34,103 nt of DNA. Source: a virus. Below the pieces are notes generated by a model. It saw only the letters and a list, made by a program, of their open reading frames with translations, had not been told where the DNA came from and searched no databases. The first letter of the stretch is position 1. Every line of letters starts with the position of its first letter. This document shows positions 27,169 through 34,103 of the stretch, piece after piece. The position numbers and the translations under genes were made by a program. Location: UHGV virus genome UHGV-0238489; one strand, 5' to 3'.

Positions 27169-29598
27169 GTCAGAATCGAGGTGCTGCTGAACGCAGTTGA
27201 CCGGGCAAGCCGCCCGCTTAAAGCGATTCAGAACGCCAGCAAATCCCTGTCTGGTGATATCCGCAATTCACAAAAAAGCCTGCGCGAACTTAATGCGCAG
27301 GCGTCCCGTATTGACGGATTCCGCAAAGCTAGCGCCCAGCTTGCCGTGACCGGTCATTCGCTTGAGAAAGCGAAACAGGAAGCGCAAGCCCTTGCCACAC
27401 AATTTAAAAACACCGAGCGCCCGACGCGCGCGCAGGCGCAGGTGCTTGAATCGGCAAAGCGTGCCGCCGACGGGCTGCAGACGAAATACAACAGCCTCAC
27501 TGAGTCTGTTAAGCGCCAGCAACGTGAACTCGGTGCAGTCGGTATTAATACCCGTAATCTGGCAAATGATGAGCGGGGGCTTAAATCGCGCATCAGTGAG
27601 ACTACCGCGCAGCTTAATCGGCAGCGTGAGGCACTGGCGAAAGTCAGCGCACAGCAGGCGAAGTTAAGCCGGGTGAAAGCGCGGTATCAGGCCGGTAAAT
27701 CACTGGCCGGAAACGCAGCGGCGGCTGGCGCAGCCGGTGTTGGTATTGCAACGGCGGGAACCCTCGCCGGGGTTAAGCTGCTGACGCCTGGTTATGAATT
27801 TGCACAGAAAAACTCAGAGCTGCAGGCCGTGCTCGGTGTCGACAAACAGTCACCTGAAATGCAGGCGCTGCGTAAACAGGCGCGCCAGCTCGGTGATAAT
27901 ACCGCTGCCTCTGCCGATGATGCGGCGGGTGCGCAGATTATCATTGCCAAAAGCGGCGGCGATGCGGCGGCCATTCAGGCGGCGACGCCGGTCACACTGA
28001 ATATGGCGCTGTCGAACAAGCGCACGATGGAAGAAAACGCTGCGCTGCTGACAGGCATGAAATCTGCTTTTCAGCTCTCTAACGATAAAGTCGCGCATAT
28101 TGGTGATGTTCTCTCGATGACGATGAACAAAACCGCCGCCGACTTTGATGGAATGAGTGATGCGCTGACCTATGCCGCGCCAGTGGCGAAAAATGCCGGG
28201 GTAAGTATCGAAGAAACCGCCGCAATGGTGGGGGCGCTGCACGATTCCAAAATCACCGGCTCGATGGCGGGTACAGGGAGCCGTGCCGTTCTGAGTCGCC
28301 TGCAGGCGCCAACCGGTAAAGCGTACGACGCCATCAAAGAGCTCGGTATTAAAACGTCAGATAGCAAAGGCAATACGCGTCCGATATTTTCCATCCTGAA
28401 AGAAATGCAGCGCAGTTTTGAGAAAAACAATCTCGGAACGGGTCAGAAATCCGAATACATGAAAACCATTTTCGGTGAAGAGGCCAGCTCGGCGGCCGCC
28501 GTGCTGATGGCCGCCGCATCAAGCGGCAAGCTCGACCAGCTCACCGCCGCGTTTAAAGCCTCAGACGGTAAGACTGAGGAACAGGTTAAGGTTATGCAGG
28601 ATAACCTCGGCGGCGACTTTAAAGAGTTTCAGTCAGCCTATGAGGCGGTCGGCACTGACCTGTTTGATCAGCAGGAGGGCTCACTGCGTAAGCTGACGCA
28701 GACGGCCACGCAATATGTGCTCAGGCTCGACGGCTGGATCCAGAAAAATAAAGGGCTGGCGACCACCCTCGGCGTGGTGGTTGGTGGTGCGCTGGCGCTG
28801 ATCGGTGTGATGGGCGGGATTGGCCTTGTCGCATGGCCGGTGGTGATGGGGATTAATGCCATCATTGCGGCGGCTGGCGTGCTCGGTGTGGTTTTCAGTA
28901 CGGTCGGCGGCGCGATTGTCACGGCCATTGGCGCAATCAGCCTGCCGGTGCTGGCGGTAGCCGGTGCAGTGGTGGCCGGTGCATTGCTGATCCGCAAATA
29001 CTGGGAGCCGCTCGGTGCATTCCTCTTGGGCGTGGTGGAGGGACTGAAAGCCGCCTTTGCACCGGTGGGGGACATGTTTACCCCGCTCGCGCCGGTGTTT
29101 GACGCCATCGCTGAAAAGCTGGGTGTCGTCTGCCAGTGGTTTAAAGACCTGCTTGCGCCGGTGAAAGCCACGCAGGACACGCTCTCCAGTTGCAAAAATG
29201 TCGGCGTTACTTTTGGTCAGGCGCTGGCTGATGCGCTGATGATGCCGCTCAAGATGTTTAACAGCCTGAGCGGCAAGGTCGGCTGGCTACTGGAAAAACT
29301 CGGCGTTATCAAAAAAGAATCCAGCGACCTCGACCAGACCGCAGCGAAAGCGAATAAAGCGTCCCCGAATGGCGGGTATATCCTTGCGACCGCTGGATAT
29401 GGCGGGTATCAGGCGTATCAGCCGGTCACTGCACCTGCAGGCCGGTCTTATATCGACCAGAGCAAAAGCGAATACAACATCAATCTGCAGGGCGGGGTCG
29501 CGCCGGGCAGTGACCTTGACCGCCAGCTCCGTGACGCCGTCGACAAACTTGACCGCGAGAAACGTGCGCGCCAGCGATCCAGTATGAGACTCGACTGA
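27157..29598 (+). CDS. T: tail tape measure protein (P2 T-like), 813 aa
   Basis: Long, alanine/glycine-rich, coiled-coil N-terminus and hydrophobic glycine-rich middle. Position after E/E'. Confidence 0.9.
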   Translation: MSNNVRIEVLLNAVDRASRPLKAIQNASKSLSGDIRNSQKSLRELNAQASRIDGFRKASAQLAVTGHSLEKAKQEAQALATQFKNTERPTRAQAQVLESAKRAADGLQTKYNSLTESVKRQQRELGAVGINTRNLANDERGLKSRISETTAQLNRQREALAKVSAQQAKLSRVKARYQAGKSLAGNAAAAGAAGVGIATAGTLAGVKLLTPGYEFAQKNSELQAVLGVDKQSPEMQALRKQARQLGDNTAASADDAAGAQIIIAKSGGDAAAIQAATPVTLNMALSNKRTMEENAALLTGMKSAFQLSNDKVAHIGDVLSMTMNKTAADFDGMSDALTYAAPVAKNAGVSIEETAAMVGALHDSKITGSMAGTGSRAVLSRLQAPTGKAYDAIKELGIKTSDSKGNTRPIFSILKEMQRSFEKNNLGTGQKSEYMKTIFGEEASSAAAVLMAAASSGKLDQLTAAFKASDGKTEEQVKVMQDNLGGDFKEFQSAYEAVGTDLFDQQEGSLRKLTQTATQYVLRLDGWIQKNKGLATTLGVVVGGALALIGVMGGIGLVAWPVVMGINAIIAAAGVLGVVFSTVGGAIVTAIGAISLPVLAVAGAVVAGALLIRKYWEPLGAFLLGVVEGLKAAFAPVGDMFTPLAPVFDAIAEKLGVVCQWFKDLLAPVKATQDTLSSCKNVGVTFGQALADALMMPLKMFNSLSGKVGWLLEKLGVIKKESSDLDQTAAKANKASPNGGYILATAGYGGYQAYQPVTAPAGRSYIDQSKSEYNINLQGGVAPGSDLDRQLRDAVDKLDREKRARQRSSMRLD

Positions 29599-29611
29599 GG
29601 GAGGGGTAAAA

Positions 29612-30076
29612 ATGTTAATGGTGCTGGGCTTTTTTGTGTTTGAACGGCGCACCCTGCCGCATCAGTCAATGCAGTATTCGAAGGACTACCGGTGGGTGTC
29701 AAATGACCGTATTGGAAAACCACCTGCTTATCAGTATCTCGGGGAGGGGGAGACCTCGCGCACCCTGTCAGGCACGCTTTACCCTGAAATCACTGGCGGG
29801 CGTCTGTCACTGATGGCCATCGAACTGATGGCCGACGAGGGGCGCGCATGGCCGCTGATTGACGGAACCGGTATGATCCACGGGATGTATGTCATCGATA
29901 AAGTGACTCACAACCACACCGAGTTATTCAGCGACGGTGCGGCTAAAAAAATCGAGTTTAGCCTGTCGCTTAAGCGGGTGGATGAATCCCTCGCGGCCAT
30001 CTACGGCGACCTGAAAACGCAGGCTGACAATCTGGTCACGTCTGCCGGTAACTGGCTCGGGGGGATGGCGGGATGA
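29612..30076 (+). CDS. U: tail protein U-like, 154 aa
   Basis: Size and position match P2 U. Confidence 0.8.
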   Translation: MLMVLGFFVFERRTLPHQSMQYSKDYRWVSNDRIGKPPAYQYLGEGETSRTLSGTLYPEITGGRLSLMAIELMADEGRAWPLIDGTGMIHGMYVIDKVTHNHTELFSDGAAKKIEFSLSLKRVDESLAAIYGDLKTQADNLVTSAGNWLGGMAG

Positions 30077-31236
30077 TAACGGGAATGAACATTCAGACCG
30101 GGGCGCGCATTGCCCCTGATTTTATGCTCACGCTCGATGGCGCAGATATCTCACAGAATTTCAGCAACCGGCTTATCGGGCTGACCATGACCGACAATCG
30201 CGGATTCGAGGCTGATCAGCTTGATATCGAGCTTGATGATTCTGACGGGCTGGTTGAGCTGCCGCCGCGCGGGGCATCGCTGACGCTGTGGCTGGGCTGG
30301 CAGGGCTCGGCGCTGATAAACAAAGGGAGTTTCACGGTTGACGAAATCGAGCACCGGGGCGCGCCTGACAGGCTGACCCTCCGGGGGCGCAGCGCGGATT
30401 TTCGCGGGACGCTGAACTCCAGGCGCGAACAGTCATGGCACGACACCACGCTCGGGGTGATTGTTGAGGCTATCGCGCAGCGTAACAAACTGACGGCCAG
30501 CGTGGCTGATACCCTGAAATCTGTTGCTGTGCCGCATATCGACCAGTCTCAGGAATCCGACGCCGCGTTTTTGTCCCGACTGGCGGATCGTAACGGGGCA
30601 GCGGTTTCGGTCAAAGCCGGGAAATTGTTATTCCTGAAAGCCGGTAGCGCGATGACGGCCAGTGGCAAGGCCATCCCGCAAATGACCGTCGAACGCGGTG
30701 ACGGCGACCGCCATCAGTTCGCCATTGCAGACCGTGAGGCTTACACCGGCGTAACGGCGAAATGGCTGCACACCAGAGACCCGAAACCGCAAAAGCAAAA
30801 GGTGAAGCTCAAACGCAAACCCAAAGAGCAGCACCTGCGTGCGCTGCAGCACCCGAAGGCCGTCAAAACATCGGCAAAGGCTAAAAAGAAAAAGGAGCAG
30901 GAAGCGCGGGAAGGTGAGTATATGGCTGGTGAGTCCGACAATGTTCTGGAACTCACGACCATCTACGCGACAAAGGCGCAGGCCATGCGCGCAGCTCAGG
31001 CAAAGTGGGACAGGATACAACGTGGGGTGGCGGAGTTTTCGATTACGCTCGCCACTGGCCGCGCTGATTTATTTCCTGAAACGCCGGTTGCAGTGAAAGG
31101 CTTTAAGCGCGTTATAGACGAACAGGCGTGGATAATCAGCCGTGTGGTGCACAGCTTTAATGGGAGCGGCTTCACGACGGGCTTAGAGCTTGAGGTTAAG
31201 GTTTCTGATGTGGAGTATGAAAGCGAGGAAACTTAA
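30073..31236 (+). CDS. D: tail protein D-like (late control D), 387 aa
   Basis: Same length as P2 D. Overlaps the U stop. Confidence 0.85.
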   Translation: MITGMNIQTGARIAPDFMLTLDGADISQNFSNRLIGLTMTDNRGFEADQLDIELDDSDGLVELPPRGASLTLWLGWQGSALINKGSFTVDEIEHRGAPDRLTLRGRSADFRGTLNSRREQSWHDTTLGVIVEAIAQRNKLTASVADTLKSVAVPHIDQSQESDAAFLSRLADRNGAAVSVKAGKLLFLKAGSAMTASGKAIPQMTVERGDGDRHQFAIADREAYTGVTAKWLHTRDPKPQKQKVKLKRKPKEQHLRALQHPKAVKTSAKAKKKKEQEAREGEYMAGESDNVLELTTIYATKAQAMRAAQAKWDRIQRGVAEFSITLATGRADLFPETPVAVKGFKRVIDEQAWIISRVVHSFNGSGFTTGLELEVKVSDVEYESEET

Positions 31237-31317
31237 CGATGTGTTTTAATTATGTGTTTGTTTTATAAGTGAAAAATGAGTAAAATTAACACATTGAATA
31301 CGCCGGAGACCCTCATC

Positions 31318-31539
31318 ATGTTTCATTGTCCGAAATGCCATCATGCCGCCCACGCCCGCACGAGTCGCTATTTTACTGATACCACAAAAGAGCGGTATCA
31401 CCAGTGCACAAACATCAACTGCAGTTGCACGTTTGTGACCACTGAAACAGTCGAGCGTTTCATCGTATCACCGGGCGAGGTAGTACCCGCGCCGCCGCAT
31501 CCAACAACGTCAGGTCAGCAGCAAATTCAATGGATGTGA
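31318..31539 (+). CDS. ogr: Ogr-type zinc-finger late-gene transcriptional activator, 73 aa from MFHCPKC
   Basis: CPKC...CTNINCSC four-cysteine pattern with HARTSRYFTDTTKERYHQC, closely matching P2 Ogr as I recall it. The ORF track begins at an upstream ATG at 31276. Confidence 0.85.
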   Translation: MFHCPKCHHAAHARTSRYFTDTTKERYHQCTNINCSCTFVTTETVERFIVSPGEVVPAPPHPTTSGQQQIQWM

Positions 31540-31641
31540 GAAGAAGTTGGTAGGTGGAATCTGGGTACGATATTTGTTAATACTAGCTTGTTGTAACAAA
31601 AATTAATTCTGACCTAACAGTACATTACGGAAAACGTATCC

Positions 31642-31851
31642 ATGACTTTTGATGAATATATGCAAAAAACCAGAGAAATAAATGAGCAACTTCAAGAGAT
31701 TTCTATGCTAACGGCAAATCAAGCACTAACAAATTGCGCAAACTCATCCAATCCCGGCTTTGTTGATCTGATGCGTCGTCATGCAGAATTGACAATGCGC
31801 TCGTTTAAGCTTACTGAAGAGATGATGAAACAGTTAGCTATTGATAACTAA
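31642..31851 (+). CDS. hypothetical small protein, 69 aa, AT-rich moron between ogr and the terminator
   Basis: ORF in an AT-rich segment not present in the P2 backbone. Followed by a strong intrinsic terminator. Confidence 0.4.
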   Translation: MTFDEYMQKTREINEQLQEISMLTANQALTNCANSSNPGFVDLMRRHAELTMRSFKLTEEMMKQLAIDN

Positions 31852-31957
31852 TAATCAAACACTAGGCCAAAAAGGTGTAAGAGCACTAGACACAATGATT
31901 GATACTCTGATTCTTTAAAGCAAATCAAAATTTTCTACCATTTTTTTTATAAATAAC

Positions 31958-31980
31958 GCCCCGCATTTGCGGGGCTTTTT
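31958..31980 (+). terminator. intrinsic terminator (gccccgc-attt-gcggggc then ttttt)
   Basis: Perfect 7-bp GC stem plus T5. The group II intron begins immediately downstream. Confidence 0.8.
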
Positions 31981-33896
31981 GTATGTGCGCCGGGCATGGC
32001 GCGTAGCGCCGTGACTGGCGCTGTTCTTCAACTGTGGTGGCTGAAGAACGACTAAGAGGTGAAAGTCCTCCACACACCCGGTGAGGGGAAGTGTTAGCGG
32101 AAGGCAAGGGTGTTCATCGCGAGGTGAAATCTGAAGGAAGCCGGATGCAAAATGCTGGCCTGACGAACAGGAAGCGGTTAAGGCGGCGCAGCGGGGTAAG
32201 GTGGCATACATCACCAAAGCCCGATACTCACACGGAACGCTGTGACGTAGAGCCGACAGGCATAAGCAGGAAAGTCGCGCGAATTACCCCGGGAGATCTG
32301 CCGTCCTGTCAGTGTGCTACCGGCGTCGTAAGGTGCCGGGATGGGGCGGCAGAAGTCAGCCGACGCTGTAGTAGTGCTGCAAAACCGGCAGCATGAAGGG
32401 CCGAACATGATTAACCGTGATTAGGACATCCGAACCCGATGATGATTAATGAAGCACAAGCGCAGGCAACTGCGGCCAGCGGCAGAGGAGACGGACGGTA
32501 TCCGTCAGGGCTGCATGATGGCGCTGAAATCAGCACGGCGGCGGGTGGGCAAACGAAAGCGGAAGTGCCGCTGACGATGGAAGCGGTGATAACGAGAGAA
32601 AACCTGATGCTGGCTTATCAGCGCGTGGTGGAAAACAAAGGCGCGGCGGGGGTGGATAACCTCAGCGTGGCGGAGTTGAAACCGTGGCTGAAGAAGAACT
32701 GGCGCAGTGTCAGGCAGGCATTGATTGACGGAAACTACCAGCCGCGGGCAATACGCCGGATGGATATCCCGAAGCCGGATGGCGGCGTGAGAATCTTAGG
32801 CATCCCGACGGTGGTGGACAGGCTTATCCAGCAGGCGATAGCGCAGCAGTTAAGCGCCATCGTGGACAAAAGCTTCTCAGACTCCAACGGCTTCCGGCCG
32901 GGGCGCAACGCATGGCAGGCGGTGCAACAGGCACAGCGTTACATACGGGGCGGCAAACGGTGGGTGGTGGATATGGATCTGGAGAAGTTCTTTGACCGGG
33001 TGGATCACAGACTCCTGATGACGCGTCTGGCCAGAACGATAAAGGACAGGCGGGTGCTGAGACTGATACGCCGCTACCTGAAAGCGGAAATAGTCCGGGA
33101 CGGGCAAAGGGAGAAACGGCAGGAGGGCATGCCGCAGGGCGGCCCGCTGTCGCCGTTACTGTCGAACATCCTGCTGGATGAACTGGATAAAGAACTGGAG
33201 CGTCGTTGACACAGCTTCTGCCGCTACGCAGACGACTGCAACATCAACGTAAGCAGCCGGAAAGCGGGCGACCATCTGCTGAAGAACATCAGGGCGTTCG
33301 TGGAGAACAAAATGAAACTGAAGGTGAATGAGAAGAAGAGCGCGGTGGCGCGCCCGTGGGAGCGGAAGTTCCTCGGGTACAGTGTGACATGGCACAAACA
33401 GGCGAAGCTGAAAATAGCCCTGACGAGCGTGAACAGGCTGAAGGAGAAAGTCCGCAGTCTGACCACGGGAAACCGGAGCAAATCAGTGAAAGCGACAATC
33501 AATGCCCTGACGCCAGTGCTGCGTGGATGGATAAGCTACTTCAGGCTGACGGAAGTCAGAGGAGTGCAGGAAGAGCTGGACGGCTGGATCAAACGGAAAC
33601 TGCGGTGCCTGTTGTGGCGGCAGTGGAAGAGGCCGGGAACCCGGACGAAGAACCTGCAAAGAGCGGGGCTGAGTAAGGACAGGGCGATGATCTCAGCGTA
33701 CAACAACCATGGGCCATGGTGGAACTCAGGGTCAAGCCATATGAATCAGGCGATAAAGAATGCGTGGTTCAGCAGGCAGGGTCTGATATCACTGCTGGAA
33801 CAGCAGAGGCAGTTCCAGTGTTAACATGAACCGCCGTATGCGGAGCCGCATGTACGGTGGTGTGAGAGGACGGCGGGAGTGATCCCGCCTCCTACT
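31981..33896 (+). mobile_element. group II intron (bacterial, class C-like), about 1.9 kb, inserted just after an intrinsic terminator
   Basis: GTGCG-like 5' end at 31986. An RT/maturase ORF sits inside. Domain V-like hairpin at about 33829-33860 (ccgtatgcgg-agc-cgcatgtacgg) and a domain VI-like bulged hairpin at about 33864-33895. Insertion after a terminator stem-loop is typical of IIC introns. Boundaries are approximate (about +/-10 nt). Confidence 0.7.
32439..33824 (+). pseudogene. group II intron-encoded RT/maturase interrupted by a single in-frame TGA (33207-33209)
   Basis: ORFs 32439-33209 and 33300-33824 are in the same frame. The sequence reads ...LDELDKELERR-TGA-HSFCRYADDCNINV..., so the stop replaces the codon just before the YADD motif. 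RT motifs (GIPTVVDRLIQQA, LPQGGPLSPLLSNILL) precede a maturase-like C-terminus. Confidence 0.7.
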
Positions 33897-33961
33897 CGAT
33901 CGATGTGGTCAATGTGTGGACATTGTAATAAATAAATCCATTTATTTCATTAGGTTAGAAC

Positions 33962-33984
33962 AAAAAAATAAGCCCGTGTAAGGG
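33962..33984. repeat. attR: att core copy (attR side, next to ogr)
   Basis: Exact 23-bp direct repeat of 159-181. The right copy continues as agatt, matching the P2 core as I recall it. Confidence 0.75.
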
Positions 33985-34103
33985 AGATTACACAGGCTAA
34001 GGAGGTGGTTCCTGGTACAGCTAGCATTTTATGGGTTATGTTTTTCAGCGAAACGGATGATAACCTTAATAAATGCAGCTGTATGTGATCGGTTTCTAAG
34101 AAT

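Larger units (their letters stand above)
159..33984. mobile_element. P2-like prophage, integrated, apparently complete (int to ogr plus cargo)
   Basis: Bounded by identical 23-bp direct repeats. Integrase is adjacent to the left repeat. Full P2 gene order with sizes matching P2 proteins. A cos-like 19-mer lies between the accessory locus and Q. Confidence 0.85.

Noticed and set aside
32091-32408. ORFs 32091-32396 and 32211-32408 upstream of the intron-encoded protein
   Set aside because: They fall in the 5' ribozyme part (domains I-III) of the putative group II intron, which is structured RNA rather than coding.
33300-33824. The second RT-like ORF treated as a separate gene
   Set aside because: It is the in-frame continuation of 32439-33209 across a single TGA. 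Annotated as one disrupted intron-encoded protein instead.

Overview
This window is an essentially complete P2-like (Peduovirus-type) temperate prophage of an enterobacterial host, bounded by a 23-bp direct repeat (159-181 and 33962-33984) that I interpret as the att core. Gene order is P2-canonical: int, C, cox, B, A, then cos, Q, P, O, N, M, L, X, lysis cassette, R, S, V, W, J, I, H, G, FI, FII, E/E', T, U, D, ogr. Calls rest on ORF length and order plus recognisable protein motifs read by eye; no database search was possible. Three things are not P2 backbone. (1) An AT-rich two-gene module sits in the variable locus between A and cos/Q (where P2 carries tin/old): a 329-aa reverse transcriptase tightly coupled to a ~450-aa ABC-type ATPase with a Toprim-like (OLD-like) C-terminus, preceded by a structured non-coding leader. 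This is a retron-like or Abi-type RT defence candidate. (2) A ~2.4-kb strongly AT-rich insertion between S and V encodes a 605-aa polytopic membrane protein of unknown function, a candidate novel accessory or exclusion gene. (3) A group II intron lies immediately after an intrinsic terminator downstream of ogr; its intron-encoded RT/maturase has an in-frame TGA just before the YADD motif. A small AT-rich moron ORF also follows ogr. Many antisense or overlapping ORFs in the track fall inside GC-rich structural genes and are treated as spurious.
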